The notes under the pieces: generated by a model | What the model was told of the DNA's origin: nothing | The model's input: only the letters and a program-made list of their open reading frames with translations | Databases searched by the model: none | Program-made: the position numbers and the translations under genes | In this document: positions 10,401 through 19,331 of the stretch, one piece after another | Position numbering within the stretch: the first letter of the stretch is position 1 | Layout: each line of letters opens with the position of its first letter | DNA from: Candidatus Omnitrophota bacterium | GTDB lineage: Bacteria > Omnitrophota > Gorgyraeia > Duberdicusellales > 4484-171 | Direction of reading: 5' to 3' | Length of the DNA stretch: 64,000 nucleotides | NCBI GenBank assembly: GCA_003154195.1 | Contig: PMCS01000024.1 | Coordinates: 28-64,027, forward strand

Positions 10401-12753
10401 AAGAGCTGTTGGTTATTGCCGGGCTGGGAGAAGACGCCACATAAAAATCATCGATTGGCTCAATTTCGCGGGTTTCTGTTGGGAATAGAGTTACTCTGGC
10501 GACCAGGTTGTAGGCCCCGACTGTATGGGTAAGGGACAAGCTAACTTTTTTTTCCTCGCCGTCAACTATAGCGTCAACCCTCTTCGACCAGGCTATATCC
10601 AACCCAACGGGTTTACTTCCCGTACCGGGTATCAACGCGTTAGCAGCATCGGCAACCAATTCGGGCCGCAGCAAATCAACCCCCTTCGCTCTCAATGCTT
10701 CCAAAAGCTGGGCGGGTTTATTTTTGTTTATCGTGAGAGAGTAGCGAGCAGGTGACGTTTGCTTCTCATCGCCCTCGCCGACCGGGCTGGAAATTGCTTC
10801 GACCCCGATATTCTTTACGCGGCCATTCTGGTAAAGCGCTAAAAGAAATGTAATATACGGTTTGCTCGAGAAAGACCTTCCAAGGCTACCATCACTGCTA
10901 TCAATCGATACCCGTAAATCAAACTCTCCCCTGCGAGTTTGCTCACGAGAAACCGCGATAGAGAGATAACCTGTTTTACCAATTTGTGGTGTATAATCAT
11001 CCACCGGGAGCTGGAGAACTCGGGAAATTAATTCTTCCAATTGAAATTCTGCTGAACCATGCAACGACGAAGCATTAGCCCGCCACCATGTAGGCGTTTT
11101 AACCGTACCCCTATCAATCACGTTTACCGTATCGCGATGCGTTTCCGCAAACCCTAAAATCGCTCCTGTCGCGATTTTTCCGACAGCATCGGCCTCAGCC
11201 GGCGCCATGCGTTGCAAAGGGCTGGCGGCGCGCTGATATGCCGCAAGCCAGTCGTTACCACTTGGCTTCGAAGTCTCGACGGTTAACGTGTAGGTATTAG
11301 TATCATAAGTAAGGGTAGTCGTGCCGCTATGTGAACGCAGTATTATTTTTCCGGGAGTATTTTTATCCGCTGACAGAAAAGACCAGGGAGTAATACCGGC
11401 CGCGGACGATTCGCCGTTTCGAATCGAAAAATTGGCCACTGAGCCGCTATCCGATCCATTCGCAATCCATATGCTGATTACTTTTTTGCCTTCCCTGACT
11501 TCCAGCGATACAGGAATCTCAACTTTTAATTTACCGGGATCGGCGGGAATGTCTTTCGCGATATCATCAGGTCCCCTTTGCCGCGCGGCCGGCGCTGTTG
11601 GCAACGGACTCGCGCCTACCCCTGCTACTGCCAAAGTACTCACATTGACCAGCTTGCCGTTGTGGGCTACGCTATCCAGAGAAGAGCTTATGGCCAGCTT
11701 AGTGACCAGGGGGCTGTTGGCGATAAGGGATTCGATACCGCCGGAGAAGTAACGCCGGCGGACTTGGTGTTTGGTAGAAGGGTCCTGTTCTTTTTTAATG
11801 TAGTTATAGATGCCTTTCTTGAAGGCCTGGGTATAGAGAGAATAGATTTTTTCTTTGGCCTGGGGGTCGTTGATGTCTATGCCTTTGATATTCTTCTGGT
11901 TGATGTAGTGCTTATAGAATGATTCTTTGAATTTATCCTTGAACCACTTGGCCAGGATCAGGGAGTAGTAGATCTGGCGTAACGTAGCAAAATTCTTGCC
12001 GGAATTAATATCATCGGTGATTTTTGGTACTACGACTTCGCGCATTACATCCGAAGCCACCTTGTTGGTTTGCCCTGCTTTTTCATCCTTCGTTCCTTTC
12101 TGCAATGCGAGAAAGTCTTGTTCGAGCATTGCCTTAAGCGTAGCCTGGTTTATCACTACGGTGTTCTTGTATTCATAGACCTCTGACTTATCGGGAGTGA
12201 TCCAAATCTTGTTGAAGGTATTTATCGGTAAATTATCGGTTCCCGCTAATTTACCGATTTGAGAGTAAACCGATTGCCAGTAATTCCTTCCGATAGAATT
12301 TTCCGGATGGGTGAGGCTGGAGACTAATTGCTTTAAGATATAGTCCTGGGCTAACATATCTCTCCCTACATCGGTATGTATCGCTTCATTGGTGATTACC
12401 CGGTCTTTTTCATAAACGGATAAGTTGACCCAGAGGTCGTTTTCCGGGATGGTTAATCCTGCTAAAAAATACCTGATCAATTTATCGGCCTCTTCCTTGT
12501 CTACCGTGTCTTTGCTGGCAGTATCGATGATAAATTCTATCTGCAGGGGGTTAGCCGGGTTAAGTTTTAATCCCTTTAATATAGGAAAGGAGTAGGTTGC
12601 TGAGAGATTCAGTAGCTGGGTCGGTTCGGGCAGGGCCATGGCGGCGTGGGCGTAATTCACGCCTACGCTTGTGCCCAGGAACGAAGACAAAACAAGAATG
12701 AAAACGAGTTTCGAAAATAATTTCTGCTGGGGTTTGGCGAGAAAAATAAACAT
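7462..12753 (-). CDS. 1763-aa exported modular protein with repeated (A/S)SP linkers, function unknown
   Basis: Long open frame, GGAGG RBS, N-terminal hydrophobic segment ending AHA, about 11 SP linkers, internal 112-aa duplication, C-terminal SSPGGI motif. Confidence 0.9.
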   Translation of the reverse strand: MFIFLAKPQQKLFSKLVFILVLSSFLGTSVGVNYAHAAMALPEPTQLLNLSATYSFPILKGLKLNPANPLQIEFIIDTASKDTVDKEEADKLIRYFLAGLTIPENDLWVNLSVYEKDRVITNEAIHTDVGRDMLAQDYILKQLVSSLTHPENSIGRNYWQSVYSQIGKLAGTDNLPINTFNKIWITPDKSEVYEYKNTVVINQATLKAMLEQDFLALQKGTKDEKAGQTNKVASDVMREVVVPKITDDINSGKNFATLRQIYYSLILAKWFKDKFKESFYKHYINQKNIKGIDINDPQAKEKIYSLYTQAFKKGIYNYIKKEQDPSTKHQVRRRYFSGGIESLIANSPLVTKLAISSSLDSVAHNGKLVNVSTLAVAGVGASPLPTAPAARQRGPDDIAKDIPADPGKLKVEIPVSLEVREGKKVISIWIANGSDSGSVANFSIRNGESSAAGITPWSFLSADKNTPGKIILRSHSGTTTLTYDTNTYTLTVETSKPSGNDWLAAYQRAASPLQRMAPAEADAVGKIATGAILGFAETHRDTVNVIDRGTVKTPTWWRANASSLHGSAEFQLEELISRVLQLPVDDYTPQIGKTGYLSIAVSREQTRRGEFDLRVSIDSSDGSLGRSFSSKPYITFLLALYQNGRVKNIGVEAISSPVGEGDEKQTSPARYSLTINKNKPAQLLEALRAKGVDLLRPELVADAANALIPGTGSKPVGLDIAWSKRVDAIVDGEEKKVSLSLTHTVGAYNLVARVTLFPTETREIEPIDDFYVASSPSPAITNSSSLREIKDELRAIKTAMRETQGANYDAAGEMVKLLPPIATSRVKKVFISEYALRFALRQDQKDDLLEQTFGRDLIMSLHRGGWTIGVPRHWSDAVPTAFLESNPVTWVMVLGLDQFKEPMFKWLKRLTMNGVVNSDKKDTVTLAAMIIKKLWDSTNASPVNTTSRIDKTDLPSRKKLFENIGAAIQEQIAASGEMIRADGRYSESAIDTIKEAAVSQIVAGIGASSKEEFLANRPDLFKFGIAAALSVGLPRFAFLASGDRITVLESAQDYDTQSLAAYFGQPVDVVLPRGIMPEKALTAGIEMVRRMASEDMATIESEYYKGVPSSFVIMPLGKITALSAGEYATQHRPLVLEFQSRLSLIRRLYQDEARILANAAIFKTVGTTTYQKQLADAIRAIDVWQPSREAREDLASVSSASPVDDIHNLGTGDRATPREILFTTGVAAKRGRSFSGADARRGSPSIVRINEFKYFARFLSVLAEAINALGVGKDLTFARLVSFIRLHRSSFIITDSRDVVYNDEGFRMNSLSDLEPFRQALEARGWSIAVEGELWRINAIGKRVSRSASAGQGKSGIRQLTAGKTKTAAGAASPVHYRDVDVEKDGKTLGVESAIAGEAAKTIYQGLSNAMRYGAWIMRLADLPQEIDVLRIGDNRTLIINRNNLEVLATSKESREVRIDSLSAQYLDAGNWREIVLIVENSRDNQVEYKNVDAQRDGKTLYVEKDISAAAAKTIYQGLSNAMRYGAWIMRLADLPQEIDVLRIGGNRTLIINRNNLEALTAGKESREVRIDSLDAQHLTAGNWQGIINIVEETSAASPAQKLTVLDAIRINDAIHTFLGIIGANGATSVFGPNQEFEEALAGRYEIAVTLKGGVSTFDLVKAQEYIAQLKGEYPGSEITLDASGTQPKFVITAAGSNAGAEKPVEVTSSPGGIKMSGIQVASSPTSQKMEFAAVGPDFFDRLTFRIVSMKQIISLAQFASLP
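7975..8634 (-). repeat. intragenic tandem duplication, 336-bp (112-aa) period
   Basis: 8084-8223 equals 8420-8559 except for one base; flanks more diverged. Confidence 0.95.
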
Positions 12754-12908
12754 TGGGTCAATCCTCCGTTATTTGTGAAAATCTTGTTTTTATTGAGCGA
12801 ACAGGCTTGCCGGTATGACAAGGTAGGAAGATATAACATATTTTTGCGGGAAAAACAAGAGCAGACAGAAATTTTTTTGAAAAGGCTTTCAGCTGTGTAT
12901 TCAATTAT

Positions 12909-13058
12909 TTATAAGGGTCTAGGGAGAATAAAGTTTGCGGGTAAAAAATCCGGAAAACTATATGACGCGATGAGTAAGAATCGGTGGGGTATGGATTTAT
13001 CCGCGGGTATTTCGATTGTAGCCTTTATTCCCGACAGCGGCTTAATCGTATATAGCAT
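12909..13058 (-). pseudogene. aroA: aroA 5' fragment (first 32 codons), diverged duplicate
   Basis: Translates MLYTIKPLSGIKATIEIPADKSIPHRFLLIAS, 22/32 identical to the AroA N-terminus, then diverges and stops at 12909; upstream ~45 bp also similar. Confidence 0.85.
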
Positions 13059-13210
13059 TTCAAGTTACTTTACAGGAAGTTAGGAAGTTTGGGGAGGAAA
13101 ATAAGAAGAAAATTTCTCTCGCTAAAGTCGCAAAAAACAATAATATTTTCACATGCAGAGCACGCAGGGTGTTTCATTGCTGTCCAAATTATAGAAACAA
13201 TAAAACATCT

Positions 13211-13293
13211 CACATGTAGAGCTTGTAGGGCATGTAGAAAAAAGCATACAAACCCTTTATCTATTTTCTACATTTTCTACATGTCCTACATGT
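13211..13293. repeat. periodic-arm inverted repeat (9-nt units)
   Basis: catgtagag-cttgtaggg-catgtagaa ... ttctacatt-ttctacatg-tcctacatg. Confidence 0.8.
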
Positions 13294-13377
13294 AAAATTT
13301 ATTTTAATCTTCGATTTCTTTAGTTATTTTTGTGCGTGTTGTTGGGGAAAATGTTTGTTTTTATCTGCTTTCTGCTA

Positions 13378-14283
13378 TTATTTTATTTTTCCGGCCCGGC
13401 TGGTGAGGAATTTCGTAAATCGTTCCGGGAGGGGTGCCTGGAATTCAAGCCATTTTTCGGTTACGGGGTGGTTTAAGCCTAAGGAGTACGCGTGCAGGAA
13501 TAATTCGTTATATTCGTCTTTTATACCGTATTTTTTATCGCCGATAATCGGACATTCTAAGAATTTCATATGCACCCTGATTTGGTGCATCCGGCCGGTA
13601 TGGATGTTAATTCCGATATAGGTAGAATCACTGAAATAGTTAAGGACGCGGGCGGTAGTCAACGCGTTCTTGGAATTCAGGAAGCTTATCTTCATCCTAA
13701 GCCGGTTTTTTTCATCGCGGGCTACGGGCATGTCGATTGTTATCTCGTCTTTGGCGATTTTTCCCCAGACAATCGCCCGGTATTCTTTTTTAATCAGGCG
13801 GCGGCGGAATTGGCCGGTAAGATGCAGGTAGGCTCTATTGGTTTTAGCGATTACCATTACTCCGCTGGTTTCCCGGTCCAGGCGATGGACTATCCCCGGC
13901 CGCAGGGGATTGATCGGAGCAAGTTCTTTTTTCATATAAACCAGGGCGTTTACCAGGGTATCGGTCGCGCCGGCCTGGGGCGGATGAGTTGTTATCCCCT
14001 GTGGCTTGTCGATAATCAGTATATCTTCGTCTTCGTAGATAATCGGGATATCGTATTCGAACGGCGGGAGCTCGATCGCCGCCGGTTCGGGTATGTCGAC
14101 GGTTATGGACGAACCGGCGTGGAGACGAAAACTGGCTTTTTTATCTTTGCCGTCTACTTTAACTTTTCCTTCAACGATAAGACGGCTGATTCTTGTCCGC
14201 GAGACCGAATCGAGCGCAGCGCTTAAAAATTGGTCGAGGCGTTTTTTATCGCCTTCGGGAGGGACTCTGATAGTTTGAAGCAT
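13378..14283 (-). CDS. rluD: RluA/RluD family pseudouridine synthase
   Basis: S4 domain RLDQFL, GIVHRLDRETSG, TGRMHQIRVH, PIIGDKKY, FLHA. Confidence 0.9.
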   Translation of the reverse strand: MLQTIRVPPEGDKKRLDQFLSAALDSVSRTRISRLIVEGKVKVDGKDKKASFRLHAGSSITVDIPEPAAIELPPFEYDIPIIYEDEDILIIDKPQGITTHPPQAGATDTLVNALVYMKKELAPINPLRPGIVHRLDRETSGVMVIAKTNRAYLHLTGQFRRRLIKKEYRAIVWGKIAKDEITIDMPVARDEKNRLRMKISFLNSKNALTTARVLNYFSDSTYIGINIHTGRMHQIRVHMKFLECPIIGDKKYGIKDEYNELFLHAYSLGLNHPVTEKWLEFQAPLPERFTKFLTSRAGKIK

Positions 14284-14297
14284 GGCAAGTTGGTTTG

Positions 14298-14407
14298 GTC
14301 CACAGATTTCTCAGATTTATCGGATTGAAGATTGGATAGATTAATGCAATATTTTAAAAAAATTAATCTTTTTTTTGAATCCGCAGAAATCTGCGTAATC
14401 TGTGGAC
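14298..14407. repeat. periodic-arm inverted repeat, gtccacagat family (9-nt units)
   Basis: gtccacagatttctcagattt ... aaatctgcgtaatctgtggac; same family at 31621, 37445, 39369, 47211. Confidence 0.85.
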
Positions 14408-14934
14408 TAATTGTTTTTTGTTTTTTTAAAGGAATCTATCAGCAGCAATCCTGTTCCGGTGGTAATGCACGAATCCGAAATATTAAACACCGGCCAGACG
14501 CGGAAATCGAAATAATCCACGACGTATCCTAAGGTTATCCGGTCGCATAGGTTGGATATTGCGCCGCCCAGGATCAGGCCGCAGGATACCATAAAAAGGG
14601 CATCGCGCCGCTTTTCGCTTTTCAGGAATAGTAGAAAAAGCAAAATAAAGATAACACCGGTATAAATTAAAAAGTTGGTTTTTCCCGATAGGAGGCTGAA
14701 GGCGGCGCCTTTGTTAAAAACTACGGTTATGTGGAAAATATTTTTTATTACCGGGGTAGAGGTAAACGCGAAGTATTCACGCAGGTAGGTTTTGACAACG
14801 AAGTCTACGACAAAGACAATCGCTGCCGTAAAGAATACCGTTCTATTATTTTTTGCTTTGCTAATTGAACAAAATGAGCTTGCCTCATTTTGTTCAATTA
14901 GACTTTGTTTTCTTTCTCTATCTCTTCCTGGCAT
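14407..14934 (-). CDS. lspA: lipoprotein signal peptidase II; start uncertain
   Basis: NKGAAFS, GGAISNLCDR, VVDY, WPVFNISD. Confidence 0.92.
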   Translation of the reverse strand: MPGRDRERKQSLIEQNEASSFCSISKAKNNRTVFFTAAIVFVVDFVVKTYLREYFAFTSTPVIKNIFHITVVFNKGAAFSLLSGKTNFLIYTGVIFILLFLLFLKSEKRRDALFMVSCGLILGGAISNLCDRITLGYVVDYFDFRVWPVFNISDSCITTGTGLLLIDSFKKTKNN

Positions 14935-15290
14935 TTTTTGCAGTATTGCACGTAAGGGATGGCATTAAGCCTGGTTGCGTTAATAATTTTTTCGCATTTG
15001 TGGCATATACCGTATTCTTTATCTTCGATGCGTTTCAGCGCTTCTTCTATCTCCAGAAGCATCTTCCTTTCGTCAGATACGATGCCGATATTGAATTCTC
15101 TTTCGTAATTATCGGTAGCGACGTCCGCCATGTGGATGCTGTAGCCGGACATATCTCCGGACATATCTTTCTGTGATTTCATCAGCGTATCCTCAGATAT
15201 GTCTTTTATCTGCTCAAGCATCTCTTCCTTGAGGTTGAGCAATTTTTCTTTATATTCTTTTAGTTTTTTTCTATCCAGACCTTTTTTCAT
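14898..15290 (-). CDS. dksA: DksA/TraR C4 zinc-finger protein
   Basis: HMADVATD coiled-coil tip, YGICHKC...RLNAIPY...CKKCQ. Confidence 0.85.
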   Translation of the reverse strand: MKKGLDRKKLKEYKEKLLNLKEEMLEQIKDISEDTLMKSQKDMSGDMSGYSIHMADVATDNYEREFNIGIVSDERKMLLEIEEALKRIEDKEYGICHKCEKIINATRLNAIPYVQYCKKCQEEIEKENKV

Positions 15291-15316
15291 TTTTTTGAGC
15301 CTCCTTTAATGAGCAG

Positions 15317-15565
15317 ACGATTTACAAATTTTGGTAAAAATTTGTAAATCGTAGGGCGAAGCCCGTCTGCGAATTAAACCCCGCCCTTTTGGCGTTATCG
15401 ATAAATTAAAACATTCTTTTTAGCAACCGCTTTAACCCCGCTTTTTTACCTAAACACTCAGCCAAAAGGGCGGGGCAATAAAACTTGGCCCGGTTTACCG
15501 GGACTTAGTTTTATTGATCCGACTACCGATTTTTTCTGCGCCCCTTTAGGACTTAGAAAAATCGA
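15317..15565. repeat. cluster of intergenic palindromes
   Basis: acgatttacaaatttt/aaaatttgtaaatcgt; ccccgcccttttggc/gccaaaaggggcgggg; cccggtttaccggg. Confidence 0.65.
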
Positions 15566-15569
15566 AGTC

Positions 15570-18326
15570 TCATTTGACCTCCCTTAAAGCGTCGCTGCAT
15601 CGTTTGCAGACGCCGACAAACTCCTTATCGCGGTCAATATCGTTTTTCCAATTCCAGCAGCGCAGGCATTTTTGCCCCCGCGCTTTTTCTATTCTGATTG
15701 AGGGTTCCCCTTCTTCAATGGTTACCCCGGAAACAATAAATACTTCCCTTAAGGCATCGGCGCAATTCTTATAAAAATCCAGCGGCGCGCCATTAAACTT
15801 TAAAAATACTTCCGCTTCAAGAGAACTTCCGATAACCGCTTTTTCCCGCTGATTTTCTATTTCTTTTAGTACCGGCGGCCGCAATTCGAATATTTTTTTC
15901 CATCGTTCGATTACGCTGTTATCAATCCAGTCCTTCCGGTAATCTTCGTCAATCGTGGTCTTAAAAATCGAATCTTTTTTATTCTTTAAATTATCCCACG
16001 CTAAATACCCTTCTTCGCTCGTGTAGGATAATATCGGCGCCGAAAGTTTCAGAAGTATTTTTAATATCTGAAAAAGAACGAACTGGCAGCTTCTTCTTCC
16101 CTGCGAGTTAGGCGAGAAAGTATATAGCCTATCCTTTAAAATGTCAAGATAAAAAGAACTCAAGGAAAGGTTACAGAAGTTAAAAATCGCTTGCCCCGCT
16201 TTGTAAAAACTGAATTCTTCATAGCAGGAATTAACTTCTTCGACCAGCAGCATTGCCTTAGAAAGCATATATTTATCGACATCGCACAGATCTTTATATT
16301 CAAAATTATTTTTTTCGATATCGAAATCATTGATGTTGCCCATGACAAACCGGATGGTGTTGCGGATCTTCCGGTAGATGTCTACCAGTTGCTTGATGAT
16401 GCCGTCGGAGATCTTCACGTCTTCGCTGTAGTCGCTGGACGCTGCCCAGAGGCGTAAAATTTCCGCACCGTAATTTTTGGATATTTCCTGCGGGGCGATG
16501 ACGTTGCCCATCGATTTCGACATCTTGCGGCCTTCGCCGTCGACGACAAATCCATGGGTAAGGATTATTTTAAACGGGGCCCGCTTTTCGATCGCGACCG
16601 ACGGTATCAGCGACACCTGAAACCAGCCGCGGTGCTGGTCGCTTCCTTCTAAATACATATCCGCGGGAAAATTCAGGCCGGGGTTTTGCTTGACCACCGC
16701 TTCAAAGCTCGCTCCCGATTCGAACCATACATCGAGAATATCGAATTCTTTGGCAAATTCTTTTGCCGCGCATTTCGGGCAGGTTAATTCCGGGGGCAGG
16801 AATTCTTTCAAATCAAGAATAAACCACGAGTCCGAACCTCTTTGCTTAAAGATTTCCGAAGCCTTTTCTAAAACGGCGGAATCAAGAGTCACTTCGCCGC
16901 ACTGTTTGCACTTTAGCGCCGGGATAGGTACACCCCATAGCCTCTGGCGCGATAAACACCAGTCCGGCCTGGTCTCCAGCATCCCGGTCATCCGTTCTTT
17001 GCCCGAACCGGGCACCCATTTGACCTTATTCGTTTCCTCTATCGCCAGTTTACGTAAATCCTTATGGTCGATTTTTAGAAACCACTGGAAAGTCGCGCGA
17101 AAGATTATTGGATTTTTACAGCGCCAGCAATGCGGGTAAGAATGCTGTATTTTTTCCGCTTTTATTAGAGCCTGCTTTGCTTGTAAGGTTTCGATGACGG
17201 CGGTATTGGCGTCTTTGATGTTTTTGCCTTTAAATTCTTCCGGCGTGTCAAAAATGCCTTTTTCGTTGACCGGCATAACCATTGGAAGGTCTTTATACTT
17301 ACGCGTCAGCGAAAAGTCTTCTTCGCCGTGCCCCGGCGCGATATGCACGCAGCCCGAACCGTCTTCGTGTGACACAAAGTCACCCAATAAGACTTTACGT
17401 TCGGTATTATCATTTAAGAAAGGGTGTTGCAGGATTACTCCCTCAAGCTCCCGGCCTTCTATTCCTTGTTTGACTACCGAAATATCCCATCCTAATTTTT
17501 CTTTTAACACCGACAGGCGGTCTTCAGCCAAAATAAAACGTTTTTCACCGACCTGCACGATTGCGTATTTTAACGAAGGATTTACCGCGACCGCGACGTT
17601 AGAGATTAATGTCCACGGTGTAGTCGTCCATACTAAAAAATATGTATTTTTAATGTCGGATATTTTATTTTTGGCGTCCAGGACGGCAAAAATAAAATAT
17701 ATTGAATGAGATTCTTTATCGGCATATTCCACTTCCGCTTCGGCTAAGGCCGTTTCGCAGGCCGCGCACCAGTTTACCGGTTTGCGTCCGCGGTAAATAT
17801 AGCCTTCTTTATTAAGCCGCCCCAGCACCTTCATGATCGAATATTCGTATTCCGGATTTAAGGTTAAATAAGGCGCGGCCCAGTCGCCAAAGACGCCCAG
17901 CTTTTCGAATTCTGCGCTTTGCAGCTTGACGTACTTGAGGGCGAATTTTTTCGCCTGCCGCCGGAAATCGACAATTTCCACGTCATGCTTGGTTTTATTC
18001 AGTTCTTTGAACAGCTGATGTTCTACCGGCAGGCCGTGGCAGTCCCATCCGGGAATATAGGGCGTGTAAAACCCGCGCATCGCTTTATATTTGATAATAA
18101 TGTCTTTGAGGATTTTATTCAGGGCGTGGCCGATATGGATCGAGCCGTTGGCATAAGGCGGCCCGTCGTGGAGTAAAAATTGCGGCGCGTCCTTGCGCTC
18201 CGCGAGGAGGCTTTTATAGATATCGATTTGCTTCCAATGGGCCAATATCCTCGGCTCAAGCTGATTGAGGTTGGCTTTCATGGGGAAGTTGGTTTTGGGT
18301 AGATTCAGGGTAGTTTTATATTCCAT
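15570..18326 (-). CDS. ileS: isoleucyl-tRNA synthetase (type 1)
   Basis: DGPPYANG.IHIGH, GWDCHGLP, WTTTPWT, KMSKS, C-terminal C.RCW zinc finger. Confidence 0.98.
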   Translation of the reverse strand: MEYKTTLNLPKTNFPMKANLNQLEPRILAHWKQIDIYKSLLAERKDAPQFLLHDGPPYANGSIHIGHALNKILKDIIIKYKAMRGFYTPYIPGWDCHGLPVEHQLFKELNKTKHDVEIVDFRRQAKKFALKYVKLQSAEFEKLGVFGDWAAPYLTLNPEYEYSIMKVLGRLNKEGYIYRGRKPVNWCAACETALAEAEVEYADKESHSIYFIFAVLDAKNKISDIKNTYFLVWTTTPWTLISNVAVAVNPSLKYAIVQVGEKRFILAEDRLSVLKEKLGWDISVVKQGIEGRELEGVILQHPFLNDNTERKVLLGDFVSHEDGSGCVHIAPGHGEEDFSLTRKYKDLPMVMPVNEKGIFDTPEEFKGKNIKDANTAVIETLQAKQALIKAEKIQHSYPHCWRCKNPIIFRATFQWFLKIDHKDLRKLAIEETNKVKWVPGSGKERMTGMLETRPDWCLSRQRLWGVPIPALKCKQCGEVTLDSAVLEKASEIFKQRGSDSWFILDLKEFLPPELTCPKCAAKEFAKEFDILDVWFESGASFEAVVKQNPGLNFPADMYLEGSDQHRGWFQVSLIPSVAIEKRAPFKIILTHGFVVDGEGRKMSKSMGNVIAPQEISKNYGAEILRLWAASSDYSEDVKISDGIIKQLVDIYRKIRNTIRFVMGNINDFDIEKNNFEYKDLCDVDKYMLSKAMLLVEEVNSCYEEFSFYKAGQAIFNFCNLSLSSFYLDILKDRLYTFSPNSQGRRSCQFVLFQILKILLKLSAPILSYTSEEGYLAWDNLKNKKDSIFKTTIDEDYRKDWIDNSVIERWKKIFELRPPVLKEIENQREKAVIGSSLEAEVFLKFNGAPLDFYKNCADALREVFIVSGVTIEEGEPSIRIEKARGQKCLRCWNWKNDIDRDKEFVGVCKRCSDALREVK

Positions 18327-18385
18327 ATAATTTTTTACTCCGTAAAAAATTATCCGTCATCCGCTTCGCGTGAGTATTTACGGTA

Positions 18386-19288
18386 TCAAAAACAAGTTAG
18401 TTTTTTATATTCGTCAAATCTTTTCTCTATGTCCTTTTTTGTTACTTTCGCCAGCCGGCGCAAACTAAAATCCTCCACGGCAAAAGTTGCCATAATATTG
18501 CCGTAGATGATTGCCCGGCGTAGATTTTCTTCGGTTACCTTGCCGCATTTGGCCAGATACCCGATAAATCCGCCGGCAAAGGTATCGCCCGCGCCGGTAG
18601 GGTCGTAAACTGATTCCAGCAGGTATGCCGGGGCGCAAAATACATGGGCTTTCGAGAATAGCATCGCCCCGTGTTCGCCTTTTTTAACGATCAGCCGCTT
18701 TGCCCCCATTTTAAAGATGGCTCTTACTGCTTTGACCACTCCGGCTTCCCCGGATAATTGTTTGGCTTCTGATTCGTTCAGAAGAAAAATATCGACTTTT
18801 TTGAGCAGTTTGATCAACTCGGCGCGTTTGCTGGAAATCCAATAATTCATCGTATCGCACAGGATAAGTTTAGGTTTATTCACCTGGCTTAAGACTTTAG
18901 TCTGGATCACCGGGTCGATATTGGCTAAAAATAAAAATTCGCTGTCGCGATATTGCGCCGGGATCACCGGGTCGAAACTCGCGAAAACGTTGAGATGCGT
19001 GGCTAAGGTCTTCGGGTCGGCGAAATCCCACCCGTATTCCCCTTCCCAGCGGAAAGTCTTGCCGTTTTTGACGATTTCCATCCCCTTCAGATTAATGCCT
19101 TTAGCCATCAGGAATTCGATATGTTTTTTAGGAAAGTCTTCACCGACTACCGCGACCAGGTTGACCGGCGCGAAATTCGAAGCGCTCGTCGACGAATAAA
19201 CCGCCGACCCGCCGAGGATATCCTTCACTTTGCCGAAAGGCGTTTTTATCGTATCCAGGGCCACCGAACCTACTATCAATACCTTCAT
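18386..19288 (-). CDS. PfkB family carbohydrate/nucleoside kinase
   Basis: GSVALD, LGGSA, NESEA, DPTGAGDTFAGG; AAGGAG RBS before ATG 19288. Confidence 0.9.
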   Translation of the reverse strand: MKVLIVGSVALDTIKTPFGKVKDILGGSAVYSSTSASNFAPVNLVAVVGEDFPKKHIEFLMAKGINLKGMEIVKNGKTFRWEGEYGWDFADPKTLATHLNVFASFDPVIPAQYRDSEFLFLANIDPVIQTKVLSQVNKPKLILCDTMNYWISSKRAELIKLLKKVDIFLLNESEAKQLSGEAGVVKAVRAIFKMGAKRLIVKKGEHGAMLFSKAHVFCAPAYLLESVYDPTGAGDTFAGGFIGYLAKCGKVTEENLRRAIIYGNIMATFAVEDFSLRRLAKVTKKDIEKRFDEYKKLTCF

Positions 19289-19331
19289 GCTATCTCCTTG
19301 CTTCTTTTTTGGCCACAAATTAATCAATGTG

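Noticed and set aside
7579-11721. CCAGCCC repeats as a CRISPR array
   Set aside because: Repeats are only 7-11 bp, spacing is irregular at hundreds of bp, all lie within one ORF, and there are no cas genes.
13570-14226. 218-aa plus-strand ORF
   Set aside because: Antisense shadow of rluD with no motifs; the same applies to most short plus-strand ORFs in the track.
18327-18385. T-box or attenuator before ileS (also checked trpE and his genes)
   Set aside because: Leaders are too short and show no T-box motif or leader peptide.
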